Shown: one piece after another, positions 18,417 to 28,831 of the stretch
Numbering within the stretch: the stretch's first letter is position 1
Layout of the letters: the number at the start of each line of letters is the position of its first letter
Assembly (NCBI GenBank): GCA_026395685.1
Contig: JAPLYG010000005.1
Coordinates: 4,126-68,125 of the forward strand
Direction: 5' to 3'
DNA length: 64,000 bases
From: Candidatus Parcubacteria bacterium
GTDB taxonomy: Bacteria > Patescibacteriota > Patescibacteriia > CAIXNZ01
Notes under the pieces: generated by a model
Told to the model about the DNA's origin: nothing
Seen by the model: only the letters and a program-made list of their open reading frames with translations
Database searches by the model: none
Translations under genes and position numbers: made by a program

Positions 18417-19298
18417 ATGCTGTGTAATATTTGCCCTCACAATTGTAATGTTGATCGTATAACTCAATTTGGTGTCTGCCAGGCGCCTGCTGATTTTCAA
18501 ATTGCCCATATGCAACTGCATCAATGGGAAGAACCTTGCATTTCCGGCAAAAATGGCTCCGGCACTATTTTTTTCAGTCACTGTAACTTAAAATGCGAAT
18601 ATTGCCAGAACTACGAAATTTCTCAAAATGGATTGGGTAAGAAAGTTAATACGAATGAATTCTACGAATTGTGCCTTAAATTAAGAAATCAAGGTGCTCA
18701 CAATATTAATTTAGTAACGCCTACTCCCTATTCAGAGTTGCTGATTAAATTACTTCCGGAAATTAAAAAAAGGTTAAATTTGCCGATTATATGGAATTCT
18801 AATGGCTATGAAAAAATAGAAATTTTAAAACAATTTAACGGCTTAGTCGATGTTTATTTGCCAGATTTTAAATATGCAAATAATGAGTTGGCTTTAAAAT
18901 ATTCCCGAACTGCTAACTACGCCCCTACTGCTTTAACGGCTATTGAAGAAATGGTGGCCCAACAGCCTGATATTGAAATTGATGAACAGGGTTTAATAAA
19001 AAAGGGCGTGATTATTCGCCATTTAGTTTTACCGGGACAAATTGAAGATTCTAAAAAAGTACTTAGAATAATAAAAGATAATTTTCAAGATAAAGTCTGG
19101 GTAAGTATAATGGCACAGTATTGCCCTGCTTATCAAGCTCTACAATATCCCGAAATAAACCGCATTCTAAATCTTGACGAATACCGGGAAATCAAAGATT
19201 ATTTTCTCAATTTAAATTTTAAAGGCGGATTTGTCCAGGATATTGATTCAACCAGCAATAAATATACGCCGATTTGGCAACTAGACAGCTTGAATTAA
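18417..19298 (+). CDS. Radical SAM protein, PflX-like
   Basis: CNICPHNCNVDR, EEPCISG..GSGTIFFSHCNLKCEYCQN, YLPDFKY, RHLVLPG. Confidence 0.88.
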   Translation: MLCNICPHNCNVDRITQFGVCQAPADFQIAHMQLHQWEEPCISGKNGSGTIFFSHCNLKCEYCQNYEISQNGLGKKVNTNEFYELCLKLRNQGAHNINLVTPTPYSELLIKLLPEIKKRLNLPIIWNSNGYEKIEILKQFNGLVDVYLPDFKYANNELALKYSRTANYAPTALTAIEEMVAQQPDIEIDEQGLIKKGVIIRHLVLPGQIEDSKKVLRIIKDNFQDKVWVSIMAQYCPAYQALQYPEINRILNLDEYREIKDYFLNLNFKGGFVQDIDSTSNKYTPIWQLDSLN

Positions 19299-19343
19299 AA
19301 TTTTAAACCAAAAACCCTGAACGCATGCCCAAGGTTTTATATT

Positions 19344-20069
19344 TTAAGCAGCTTGTTGCTTTATTTCTGTTTTATTTTTTTCTTCATCTTCATTGGCTTT
19401 TTCCTGATCCTCAGGTTTTTTATTTACTTTTTTCTTTTTTGTTTCAGGCTTTGCAGGTTGTTTTTCCTGCAGGGTTTGAGCAGCATACATAAAATATAAT
19501 CTATTTGAACCATCAGCACTATTAGCATAAAAGCCCTTATCGCCATCTGATATAATTGTGTAATTTACTCCTTCCATGGCTGTTTTAATTTGTGGCTGAC
19601 TGGCGCGTTTAATTACGGCACAAAAGTTTGCATCAACGCCTAACGGCCGATAAACTTCGGGTTTGACCAGCATGATTGCCCTTCTCATTTCAGTAAACAT
19701 TCTTCTAAGTTCATTATATGCCGGTAAGGCCGTTGCCTTTTCTTTTGTAGCTTTCATTACACTGCTGGCTTTATTTCTCATTTCCATCAACTGATTTTCA
19801 TCTAAAATCGGTTTGCCTTCTAATTCTTCGTTAACCTTTCCTTCATTAGCTTGGATTTCATTAATCTGGGATGGAATAAATTTATCAGGATCAAAGGGAA
19901 TAACTTCTACATTTTGAAATTTTTCCGTAGAAGCTTCCAGAATTTCCCTGCCCAAAAGATTCACCCTCACTGCGTCAATTTCCTTTTCACTGGTAGCTTT
20001 TGGCAGTTGCTCTAAATTTTGAGTCGGTACTTCAATTTTTTTTAATTTTTCATTTGATTGTTCAGTCAT
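19344..20069 (-). CDS. Hypothetical protein
   Basis: 241-aa ORF with charged termini. Confidence 0.7.
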   Translation of the reverse strand: MTEQSNEKLKKIEVPTQNLEQLPKATSEKEIDAVRVNLLGREILEASTEKFQNVEVIPFDPDKFIPSQINEIQANEGKVNEELEGKPILDENQLMEMRNKASSVMKATKEKATALPAYNELRRMFTEMRRAIMLVKPEVYRPLGVDANFCAVIKRASQPQIKTAMEGVNYTIISDGDKGFYANSADGSNRLYFMYAAQTLQEKQPAKPETKKKKVNKKPEDQEKANEDEEKNKTEIKQQAA

Positions 20070-20083
20070 ATTTTTAGTTATTA

Positions 20084-20356
20084 TTATTTATTTTCCCAAT
20101 ATGCGTCCCCCTCGACTTCCATTTTAGCCAGGCGCGTATAATAATCAGGAATCTCATTAAGATGAGCCAAGGCAATTTTTCCCGTCATTAAGGGGTCATC
20201 GTTAGTAACATTGGTATTGGGATCGACTGTTCCGTGTTCCAATTCCACATCCATACCCATACGAAATTGTTCCACGTCCCATCTTGACCAATCAACGCCT
20301 AATTGTTCGCCGATTTTTTGCGCTTGTTCGCTAGTAAAAACGTTTTTTGCTGACAT
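20084..20356 (-). CDS. DUF5661 family protein
   Basis: QFRMGMDVELEHG...TNVTNDD..TGKIALAHLNEIPDYYTRL. Confidence 0.8.
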   Translation of the reverse strand: MSAKNVFTSEQAQKIGEQLGVDWSRWDVEQFRMGMDVELEHGTVDPNTNVTNDDPLMTGKIALAHLNEIPDYYTRLAKMEVEGDAYWENK

Positions 20357-20391
20357 AGATTTAAAAATATTATAATTATATTATTAATATA

Positions 20392-21051
20392 TTAATCATT
20401 TATTATCTCGCCAGTCAAAGCATTTATTTTGACCGTCCAAACACCTTCGCACTTCTGATTTGCTGATTTAAGATTGCATTGTTTGATAATTGTCCAATAT
20501 GGCAGATTACTGAATTGTTCAGCTTTTAAGCCATAGCTAAAGTCTTCGCCGCCAATAAGCTGATATTTTTCAGATTCAATTGCAATTTTTTCAGCTTCAG
20601 CCAATGAAATTTTTATGCTGTCCGCGCTAATAAATACACCCGCATATGATTCTTCTCCGTCAATAGTAATACCAGGCTTGGCTGCTAAAATATTTGCGCT
20701 GGAAAACAGTATATCTCTTGATTTGCCCAGACAGATAGTTTCTTTAATATTGGTAATTTTATTAGTTTCTTCCTTGAATTGATCGCACAAAAGCATTTTG
20801 GCATTCCACATCGGCGCATACCCGCCGGATCTGATATATGTTCCTTCTGTAAGCCCTTGGATTGTGCTTAAATAAAATTTTTCTCCGGCCCATTTCTGTC
20901 CTTCATCTTTCACCTTATTAAAAAATTCTTCAAATTTAATACCCTTTACATTGCCTTGTTTAATGTTAACTTTTGTTTTCCCCCCCTGTCCGCAGGCAGA
21001 AATACAGAATATTAATATTGCTGCAAACAGTAAAATTTTAAAATTTTTCAT
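20392..21051 (-). CDS. Lipoprotein with a PepSY-like C-terminus
   Basis: Lipobox ISAC; ISLAEAEKIA...VKINALTGEII. Confidence 0.7.
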   Translation of the reverse strand: MKNFKILLFAAILIFCISACGQGGKTKVNIKQGNVKGIKFEEFFNKVKDEGQKWAGEKFYLSTIQGLTEGTYIRSGGYAPMWNAKMLLCDQFKEETNKITNIKETICLGKSRDILFSSANILAAKPGITIDGEESYAGVFISADSIKISLAEAEKIAIESEKYQLIGGEDFSYGLKAEQFSNLPYWTIIKQCNLKSANQKCEGVWTVKINALTGEIIND

Positions 21052-21176
21052 AATATTTGTTAAATACTTATTATTTACGCTAGTATCTTGACTTTAAAAA
21101 TAATTACCTTAATTATACTATTTTTAAGTAATTAATTAAAGAACCCCACGCTTCTGGTAAGCGCGGGGTTTCATAG

Positions 21177-22358
21177 TCATCTTATAATTGACCTGACCTT
21201 TAGAATCTCCGGCAACGTGGAAATTTGCTGAAGCAGGCTTTCAGGTAAGGCCAGATCAAGATCAATAATATTATAAGCAATTGTCTCTTTGCTAGAATTA
21301 GCCATACCGATAATGTTAAGTCCTGCTTGCGTGATCAGTTCGCTGATCGCGGCAATCTGGCCGGGAATATTTTTGTTAGTAATCAAGAGCCTGTTCCGGG
21401 AATCCCAATCTTTACTAAAATTGGGAAAGTTTTTGGAATTGGTAATATTACCGTTTTCCAGGAAGTCGCGCAGCTGGGCAATGGCCATACTGGCGCAGTT
21501 TTCTTCTGATTCAACAGTAGAAGCCCCCAAATGAGGCAAATAAAAGGCGTTAAGCAGAGAAAAATTGTTGTTGGGATGGATAAAATCCGAGATGTAGCAG
21601 GCTATACTTTTTTCTTCAAACCGGTACATCAACGCTGTCTGATCAATGATTTCAGCCCGTGCAAAATTGATGATTATGCACGTCCTTTTTGCCCTTTGTA
21701 AAAGTTCATAAGTCAGCAACCCGGTAGTTTCCTTGGTCAGTTCAGTGTGAATGGTAATAAAATCAGCATGCACAATACCTTTTTCAAGGTCCTCAATCAA
21801 GCACATACTCTTAGTAAGATGCTCTTTCTGACTGTCTTTAAGATAAGGATCATATCCCCACACATTCATGCCCAATTTGGCTAAAGATTCAGCAACTAAT
21901 GTTCCAATGGCGCCCAGGCCAATAACCAAAACTGTTTTCCCGGCAATTTCATTGCCTTGAAACTGTTTTTTTTCTGCTTCAATTAGTTTCTTTTTAGAAT
22001 CAAATTCAAGAGTAGAATCAAGAATTTTTTTCATCCAGTTCAATGCGGGAATTGCATTGCGGCTGGCGCTGATAATAGCCCAGATAACGAGTTCTTTAAC
22101 AGCATTGGCATTAGCGCCCGGGGTATTAAATACTGCAATTCCCTTATTGCTGCATGCACCAATGGGAATGTTGTCAGTGCCGGCACCGGCTCGGGCAATA
22201 GCCAATAACTTGTCAGATAGTGGCATATCCTTGAGTTTCTCACTGCGAACCAAAATCGCGTCTGGCTCGCTGATTTCCAAGTCGCTGCCGACCCGGTAAA
22301 TAGAATTATCCCAATTGCCCTGTACCTTGTTATAAACCCTGATTTGAAACTGACTCAT
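21177..22358 (-). CDS. serA: D-3-phosphoglycerate dehydrogenase with ACT domain
   Basis: ARAGAGTDNI, NTPGANANAVKE, GLGAIG, INFAR, PHLGAST.ESEENCA, C-terminal ACT; AAGGAGG SD. Confidence 0.9.
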   Translation of the reverse strand: MSQFQIRVYNKVQGNWDNSIYRVGSDLEISEPDAILVRSEKLKDMPLSDKLLAIARAGAGTDNIPIGACSNKGIAVFNTPGANANAVKELVIWAIISASRNAIPALNWMKKILDSTLEFDSKKKLIEAEKKQFQGNEIAGKTVLVIGLGAIGTLVAESLAKLGMNVWGYDPYLKDSQKEHLTKSMCLIEDLEKGIVHADFITIHTELTKETTGLLTYELLQRAKRTCIIINFARAEIIDQTALMYRFEEKSIACYISDFIHPNNNFSLLNAFYLPHLGASTVESEENCASMAIAQLRDFLENGNITNSKNFPNFSKDWDSRNRLLITNKNIPGQIAAISELITQAGLNIIGMANSSKETIAYNIIDLDLALPESLLQQISTLPEILKVRSIIR

Positions 22359-22457
22359 GCTGCCTCCTTTTGGCGAAAATTTTACCTAATAAAAAAGAAC
22401 TAGGTCTACCAAATTTAACACCTAGTCCCCTAATTTGTCAATTAAAAATATTGCCTA

Positions 22458-22985
22458 TTATTTTCGTTGGTATATCCCTATAATTTCCGCTGAATCTAAA
22501 ATATGTCCCTGTATAGCTTTTTCCAGATTATCCTTGCCTGCATTAGGCGTTAAATCTAACTTAATATCCAAGGCATAGATTTTAAATAAATATCGATGAG
22601 TGCCTGTGGGAGGACAAGGAGCCACATAACCGGTTTTGCCGGCGCTTGTTTTGCCTAAATTAGCTCCTTCAGGCACGCTATTTTCCTTAATCTCAGTTGT
22701 CTGCGGATCAATATTCCAGACTAACCAATGAGTATATGTGCCCATAGGAGCATCAGGATCATCAGAAATCAGCACTAAAGACTGCGTATTGGCCGGAACT
22801 TCGGCAATTTCAAGAGGCGGATTTATTCCCTGCCCGTCGCAGGTATATTTGGAAGGCAAATTAGCGTTATGAGTAAAAGCGGGCGAAGTTAGTTTCATAG
22901 AAATATTATTAACATTTAAGTTAACAGATTGTTTAGTACAACCAGTAAATAATATTATAAAACAAATTATTAATAATTTTTTCAT
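22458..22985 (-). CDS. YbhB/YbcL (PEBP) family lipoprotein
   Basis: KYTCDG, DDPDAP, THWLVWNI, PCPPTGTHRY. Confidence 0.92.
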   Translation of the reverse strand: MKKLLIICFIILFTGCTKQSVNLNVNNISMKLTSPAFTHNANLPSKYTCDGQGINPPLEIAEVPANTQSLVLISDDPDAPMGTYTHWLVWNIDPQTTEIKENSVPEGANLGKTSAGKTGYVAPCPPTGTHRYLFKIYALDIKLDLTPNAGKDNLEKAIQGHILDSAEIIGIYQRK

Positions 22986-22987
22986 AA

Positions 22988-23047
22988 ATTTTGAAATACT
23001 AACTGTAACTTTGAATTTTGCATTTTACATTTTGAACTTTAAATTTT
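22988..23047. repeat. 7-bp tandem repeat (ttttgaa/ttttgca family)
   Basis: actttgaattttgcattttacattttgaactttaaatttt; related array at 50295-50330. Confidence 0.6.
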
Positions 23048-24755
23048 ACCAGCTCCCTCCCCCGCCTCCGCCAAAACCTCCGCCTGAACCACCGCCACTA
23101 AAGCCGGAAGAACCACTGGATGCAGATGCTGGTGCAGTGTATAAAGAAGTACTGGCTTGGCTGGAGAAAGTATGCAAGCCGTTAATTAATGACAAGCTGT
23201 TAAAATGAGAAATATCTCCATTTGCATCATACCATTTGGGCGGTTCATTATAAATATCTTTAAATTGTTTGGCCCATTGCGTTTCTACGCCCAAAACCAT
23301 GGCATAGGGCAGAAGCTTTTCAAATAGTTCGGGATTTTTTTCCGGCGCATTATGAAATTTTATTCTGTCTTTTTCCGCTACAGTTAAATATTCTTTCAAG
23401 CCGAGAATCTGTTCTTTTGCTAAAACTCCTTTTTCTGTTTTCTTGGGCATAAAACGGCTGACAATAATGACGATTATGCCGGAAATGGTGCAGCTTACTT
23501 GTCCGATAGTAGTTTGCAGGGCATCAAGTGCCCCGTAAATAATAACAGTGGCAATAATTCCTAAAATAAGAAAAGTAAAACGAACTTTCTTTGGATTTTT
23601 AGGAAAATAGCCGTTAGTTACGCTAAGATTATAAATATCATTAGTTATTTCTGCAAAATCTTTATAAAAATCATCCTTTAAATCACTTAGCTTAACCTCG
23701 GTTTTATCTCCAAATAGTGCGGTTAATAATTTTTTTTCATGGCCAGGAGCTTCTGCCGGTAATTCTTTTAATTTAAACAAGGTAAAACTCTTACCGGTTC
23801 TCTGCCGTTGTATTTTTAAACAGCCTTTGACAGCCAAATTTATTATTTCAGCTGAAATATCTTTTTTTTCTGTTTTTTCATCAATTATTGTACCGACCTC
23901 AGCCGGACTTAAGCCTTCAGGTGCATCGTATTCTGCGATAATAGTTCCCCGGCCAGCCGGATCTTTGCCTTTAAAAAGCCAAAAAATGAAACAGGCCAGC
24001 CCGATAAAAATAAAGACAAAACCTGCTTTATTATCCTCAAGAAAATCTTTGATTGCTTGTTCTTGAGTGGGTTTTTGCACAATGCCTGTTGGCCAGCCGA
24101 AAACAATTGTTAAACCTTCATAAGCATTTAATAACCCGTGTTTATATTCAACACCGGAAGCTGCAGTGTCACTGGAACTATTTAAAATATAACCATTTTG
24201 AGCGCAGTTAGCTGTACTGCCATAAGGTCCTACATAGCATGTTGATTTTAGCTGCTTGATTATAACATTTTGCGGTAATAATACAGTAACGCTTGATTTT
24301 TCAATCGGCACGTTCCAGCCATCGCCAGTGACATTCCAGTACAATTCATCATAGTCGTCAAAATAATTAATAACCCGGCGTAACTTATAATTGATAACAT
24401 AAGTTTTAACACCGCTAATTAATATATCAGCATCCCCTATTTTAACCTCCATATTATCGCCCGGGTAGGTCACCTGATAAGTATAGGGGTGATTCTTTTC
24501 ATCAGTAACGCTCACCCCCAATACTCTGACATTATATTTATTATTTTCCCTTGCATATTTAATCGGAATATAGCGATAAATGCCATGTCTTTCTTCTGAG
24601 CCGAAATTATATTTGATAGTTTCAGTTACGTTGATCGTGGCATCATTATTAATCTGAATTTTTGAATCAAAACTATCAATTTTTTCCTGAGCCATTACGG
24701 GTAAGGCAACTAATAGTCCCAAACTTATGGCTAGAATAAATACAATTTTTTTCAT
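23046..24755 (-). CDS. DUF2207 domain membrane protein
   Basis: RHGIYRYIP, DELYWNVTG, LPYAMVLG, C-terminal SGGGFGGGGGGSW. Confidence 0.9.
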   Translation of the reverse strand: MKKIVFILAISLGLLVALPVMAQEKIDSFDSKIQINNDATINVTETIKYNFGSEERHGIYRYIPIKYARENNKYNVRVLGVSVTDEKNHPYTYQVTYPGDNMEVKIGDADILISGVKTYVINYKLRRVINYFDDYDELYWNVTGDGWNVPIEKSSVTVLLPQNVIIKQLKSTCYVGPYGSTANCAQNGYILNSSSDTAASGVEYKHGLLNAYEGLTIVFGWPTGIVQKPTQEQAIKDFLEDNKAGFVFIFIGLACFIFWLFKGKDPAGRGTIIAEYDAPEGLSPAEVGTIIDEKTEKKDISAEIINLAVKGCLKIQRQRTGKSFTLFKLKELPAEAPGHEKKLLTALFGDKTEVKLSDLKDDFYKDFAEITNDIYNLSVTNGYFPKNPKKVRFTFLILGIIATVIIYGALDALQTTIGQVSCTISGIIVIIVSRFMPKKTEKGVLAKEQILGLKEYLTVAEKDRIKFHNAPEKNPELFEKLLPYAMVLGVETQWAKQFKDIYNEPPKWYDANGDISHFNSLSLINGLHTFSSQASTSLYTAPASASSGSSGFSGGGSGGGFGGGGGGSW

Positions 24756-24774
24756 AAAAATATAGTAAGTAAAA

Positions 24775-25275
24775 TTATTGAACTATAATTTGGCCTGTCA
24801 TGGAAGAATGAATCGCGCAATGGTAGTCATAGGTACCGGCCTGGGTAAAAGTAAAGCTATAACTATCGCCGGTATTTAAAGGCTGGCTGCCAAAAATTGA
24901 ACCCGCAATTTGATGAGGTGCCGGGTCGTCATTGGTCCAAGTTACTGTTGTTCCAATTTTCACAGTACGTTGCTTGGGATTAAAGGCAAAGTTATTAATG
25001 TTAATACTGACCGGCTGATAATCAGGCTGATTGCTGTTTGTATTAATAACAGGAGCATTAGGAATTACGGGAATGTTAACGGCTGGTACATTTAAATTTA
25101 TATTAGCATTTTTGTTTGCGTTTGAATTAATATTAAGTACTGGCAAATTCAAGGGGTTTATGGTTGCCGGCTTCGAAGAGTTTTTTGAAATGGTCTGATA
25201 ATAAAAAAATATTCCCAAGGCAGCGATTAAAAACAAAACCAGAACCAGGATTAGGATAATGATTTTTTTGTTCAT
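24775..25275 (-). CDS. Membrane-anchored cupredoxin (plastocyanin-like)
   Basis: FAFNP, VTWTN.D.APH, YHCAIHSSMTG copper ligands. Confidence 0.88.
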   Translation of the reverse strand: MNKKIIILILVLVLFLIAALGIFFYYQTISKNSSKPATINPLNLPVLNINSNANKNANINLNVPAVNIPVIPNAPVINTNSNQPDYQPVSININNFAFNPKQRTVKIGTTVTWTNDDPAPHQIAGSIFGSQPLNTGDSYSFTFTQAGTYDYHCAIHSSMTGQIIVQ

Positions 25276-25344
25276 AATTTTTTGATTTAAGATTATTATA
25301 AAATTGTATGTAAAATCTCAATTACTTCTATATTCGTGGTAAAT

Positions 25345-25432
25345 TATAGGAAGAATAAGAAGTATAGGATAAGAGGGTCGAGTGTAAAAATCTCGTTTAA
25401 TCCTATGCTTCTCTATATCCTATCAATCATCT
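25345..25432. repeat. Imperfect palindrome of ~9-bp repeats (tatagga/tcctat)
   Basis: tataggaagaataagaagtataggataagag...tcctatgcttctctatatcctatc. Confidence 0.55.
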
Positions 25433-25435
25433 TCG

Positions 25436-26182
25436 TTAAATTTGTATTTTATTAAATAAATAAGTGCCAATTCCCAAAATAATCATAGCTGAAATAGCCA
25501 TGACTGTAAAATCAAGGCTTAAGCCAAAATATGATTGATTGATTAAGGAGTCGCGCAAAGCGTCTACTCCGTAAGCCAGGGGATTGAATTTAATTATGGT
25601 ATTTAAAACCAAGGGTAGGCTTTTGAGCGGGAATAAAGCGCCGGATAAGAAGAAAATCGGCATTATTAAAAAATTCATAATCAGCTGAAAACCTTGCATA
25701 TCCTGCAATAAAGAAGCAATTGCTGTGCCTAAACCCGTAAAGAATAAAGCGATTAAAAGCATGGCAAGAATTGCCAAAGGCAGCATTGACCAGCTTACAG
25801 GATGAAAACCAAAAAGTGAAGCTAAAATTAAAACAATTAAGCCTTGCATAATGGCAACTGTGGCGCCGCCCAAGGTACGGCCTATCATAATATTTAAACG
25901 GGAAACCGGCGCTACCATAGTTTCCTTTAAAAAGCCAAATTGGCGGTCCCAGATTATTTCAATGCCGGAAAACATAGCGGTAAATAAAATAGTCATGGAA
26001 ATAATGCCCGGAACCAAAAACTGGACATAACTACCCTCGCCCGCTTGCTGATAAACAGGACCAAAACCAAAACCAAGCGCAACTAAAAATAATAGCGGTT
26101 GCGCTAAAGATCCAACCAATCGTGATTTTGATCTTAAGTATCTTTTAATTTGTCTTAACCAGAGAATATAAATAGTGGACAT
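25436..26182 (-). CDS. ABC-2 type transporter permease (DrrB-like)
   Basis: DRQFGFLKETMVAPVSR, FLSGALFP, NPLAYGVD. Confidence 0.92.
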   Translation of the reverse strand: MSTIYILWLRQIKRYLRSKSRLVGSLAQPLLFLVALGFGFGPVYQQAGEGSYVQFLVPGIISMTILFTAMFSGIEIIWDRQFGFLKETMVAPVSRLNIMIGRTLGGATVAIMQGLIVLILASLFGFHPVSWSMLPLAILAMLLIALFFTGLGTAIASLLQDMQGFQLIMNFLIMPIFFLSGALFPLKSLPLVLNTIIKFNPLAYGVDALRDSLINQSYFGLSLDFTVMAISAMIILGIGTYLFNKIQI

Positions 26183-26189
26183 AATTTGA

Positions 26190-26280
26190 ATAGTTATTCG
26201 TTGATCGGTATCGATGTTCGTTACGTTAAACGATTATCGTAAAACGTAACGAAAAACTAAACCGCAAAACTTAATAGACT
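26190..26280. repeat. Imperfect palindrome of cgtt/aacg repeats inside the ABC operon
   Basis: ttcgttgatcgg...ttcgttacgtt / aacgtaacgaa... Confidence 0.55.
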
Positions 26281-26288
26281 TTAATTTT

Positions 26289-27083
26289 TTATCTGTGCCA
26301 AACCCCCCTGCGTTGACGCATAATTTGCTCGCTGGAAACTTCTTCATCACGAAGTTTTTTTCCGGTCAGGGCTAAAAATGCTTCTTCTAAAGAATTAGTC
26401 TTGGTTTTAGTTTTCAATTCTTCAACAGTGCCGATAATTACTATTTTGCCGTGGTCAATAATGGCAATTTTGTCAGCTACTTTTTCAGCTTCAGCCATGT
26501 AATGGGTGGTGAAAAATACAGTAATCCCCTCTTTTTTGTTCAAGTCTTTAATATAAGTCCAGATATGATTGGTTGTCTGCGGATCAAGTCCTAAAGTTGG
26601 TTCATCCAAAAACATAACTTTAGGATGGTGTAAAAGTCCGCGCGCGATTTCTAAACGTCTTTTCATACCTCCTGAAAACCTTTTGACAAGTTCTTTTTTT
26701 CTGTCCCACAATTCCACGAATTTAAGCATATGCTCAATTCTTGATTTACGTTCAGATTTTGGTATTTTATATAAAACGCTGTGAAAATACATATTTTCAT
26801 AAGCTGTCAGCTCATCATCAAGGCTGGGGTCCTGAAAAACTATACCAAAAGAATGCCTGGCTCCGTCCTGATCATTGATTGAGCTGTGCCCGTCAATTTT
26901 AAGGTCGCCGGAGCTGGGGTTTAATAATGTTGTTAGCATTTTAATAGTAGTTGTTTTACCGGCTCCATTTGGCCCTAAAAACGCAAAAATTTCTCCTTTG
27001 GCAACTTCAAAGGTAATATCATCAACTGCGGTGAAATGTTTAAATTTTTTTGTTAAATTTTTTACTTCGATTATGTTTGCCAT
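26289..27083 (-). CDS. ABC transporter ATP-binding protein (DrrA-like)
   Basis: GPNGAGKTT, FSGGMKRR, LDEPT. Confidence 0.95.
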   Translation of the reverse strand: MANIIEVKNLTKKFKHFTAVDDITFEVAKGEIFAFLGPNGAGKTTTIKMLTTLLNPSSGDLKIDGHSSINDQDGARHSFGIVFQDPSLDDELTAYENMYFHSVLYKIPKSERKSRIEHMLKFVELWDRKKELVKRFSGGMKRRLEIARGLLHHPKVMFLDEPTLGLDPQTTNHIWTYIKDLNKKEGITVFFTTHYMAEAEKVADKIAIIDHGKIVIIGTVEELKTKTKTNSLEEAFLALTGKKLRDEEVSSEQIMRQRRGVWHR

Positions 27084-27167
27084 ATACAGATTATACTAAA
27101 AAATTCTTAAAATGACAATAAAAAAGAGCCATCCTTCGGGATGGTCTCTTGGTAAAACAATGGGAAA

Positions 27168-27545
27168 TTATTCCGTATACGGATCATCTGTCACATAGGG
27201 CTCCAAATCATCGAGAGCCTTCGTGATCAGCTCCATATTTGCTTTATTAATGGCATTACCGCTCATTTCCGCGGCATTGTAGAAATTATAAAGGAAAACC
27301 AGCAAGCCGTTAATATCCAGCACTCGGTCATAATTGAGCATGTTGCCCTGATTGTCAAAGGCTTCTTTGAACAGGGTATCCAGCCTTACGCTGATGGCTT
27401 CAAGGAGCGGGATAAGTGAAACAAACTCAATCTCGGTCATGATCGAATGTTCGAAAATTCGATCCAGGAAAACTTCCCTATAAAGACGCTTGCCCTGGGG
27501 CTGAAAAGTGAACCTGGAATTGAATTCAGCCAAATTTTTGAGCAT
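27168..27545 (-). CDS. Hypothetical protein in an SD-led unit
   Basis: TTGACA-17-TAATAT promoter, AAGGAG SD, downstream hairpin near 27125-27150. Confidence 0.65.
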   Translation of the reverse strand: MLKNLAEFNSRFTFQPQGKRLYREVFLDRIFEHSIMTEIEFVSLIPLLEAISVRLDTLFKEAFDNQGNMLNYDRVLDINGLLVFLYNFYNAAEMSGNAINKANMELITKALDDLEPYVTDDPYTE

Positions 27546-27665
27546 GCTTTTCTCCTTTGTGGGCTAAGGAATTAATAGAAAGAACACAACTGACCATATT
27601 ATCATATTTTTATCATATTGTCAAGATTGAAAGATTAAAAAAAGCGTTCCCTTAGTCGGAACGCT

Positions 27666-28034
27666 TTACCATCCCCTTTTTTCCCGCAAATAATGACGAC
27701 TACATTCTGCCTGTGACGGAATCTCGCCAAAATCATCAAAGACATGGGCTTCAGACTCTTCCCTTATAATTTGGCGGAATTTTTCGCCATATTTTTTTGT
27801 AAATACCTTAATGGCTTCAGTAATTCCCTCAACATGATGCCTTTTTTCTCGATGATAAAATAAGGTATAACCTGTCTCATAACCTTTATCTCCAAAAAAA
27901 TAGTCAAACCAGAAATGCAACTCCCAAATCAGCGGGTAAAGCTGATCCCAATTTTCTTTTAAAAAATCAGGGTCATTACGATAAATACGGTTAAAAGACC
28001 TCTCAGTATGTACTTTATAATCCATCTTCATCAC
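27666..28034 (-). CDS. Hypothetical protein, DUF6915-like
   Basis: LHFWFD...HREKRHHVEGI...HVFDDFG.IPS motif; AAGGAGGT SD. Confidence 0.6.
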   Translation of the reverse strand: MMKMDYKVHTERSFNRIYRNDPDFLKENWDQLYPLIWELHFWFDYFFGDKGYETGYTLFYHREKRHHVEGITEAIKVFTKKYGEKFRQIIREESEAHVFDDFGEIPSQAECSRHYLREKRGW

Positions 28035-28121
28035 CTCCTTATATATATCCTAGACGAGCCTAGTTAAGAATGCAAGTTTTTATATAATTATTCCCTAATT
28101 CTTTTGATCTAATCAAGATTA

Positions 28122-28655
28122 TTAATTTATTAAGTCAGCCCAATTATCTTTGTAATAATTATACTTAGCGGTAAATTCTTCCTTGGGGGTAAGATCAATT
28201 TCCAAAGATTGTAATTTTTTCTTTAACTTTCCAGCTTCATTTTCCTGTTCTGCTTCCGAACACATTTTTTCCAGTTCAATTATATAGCCATAGCCCTTGG
28301 TATAATCCAGACAAACAATAATTCCCTGCCAGTTAAATTCAAATCTTTTTCGCAACCATTTAATTTGGACTTTAAAACCAAGGCTGAGGAATAGATTTTC
28401 CAATTGCGGAAAATCTTCTTTGGGAAACTTAATCTCCAGTTCTTCGCGAAAATCGTCATGAAGCTGCCCTTTCTTTAACCAAATTTTGGAATAGAAGTCA
28501 TTTTTTTGGATTCTTAAATCCTGAGAACAATCAAAATAAAAAGTTTCCTGGTAATCTTCCTTGACCAGCTTGGCATTTGTTGTAAAAAATCCTAACAATT
28601 TGTCGTATTGTTCTTTGGTTATAAAACTTCTGACTTCAACTTCAATATTATTCAC
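28122..28655 (-). CDS. CYTH domain protein
   Basis: EVEVR, REELE, CLD..KGYG.IIELE. Confidence 0.85.
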   Translation of the reverse strand: MNNIEVEVRSFITKEQYDKLLGFFTTNAKLVKEDYQETFYFDCSQDLRIQKNDFYSKIWLKKGQLHDDFREELEIKFPKEDFPQLENLFLSLGFKVQIKWLRKRFEFNWQGIIVCLDYTKGYGYIIELEKMCSEAEQENEAGKLKKKLQSLEIDLTPKEEFTAKYNYYKDNWADLIN

Positions 28656-28831
28656 AAGATAAATTAAACATATAATTATTGACTGGAAAAATTACAGATA
28701 TCATAATAACTTGAATATAAGCGATGCGTAATAATTATAGTATCATACTTAAAATAGAGTGGTTTCGTAAACTAGCAAAAATATAAAAGTCAAAACACCT
28801 GCCGCTATAATTATCCTTTTCAGCATAGTAG

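Noticed and set aside
28749-28826. 25-aa hydrophobic ORF MLKRIIIAAGVLTFIFLLVYETTLF on the minus strand
   Set aside because: It could be a decayed gene start or a micropeptide, but there is no independent support
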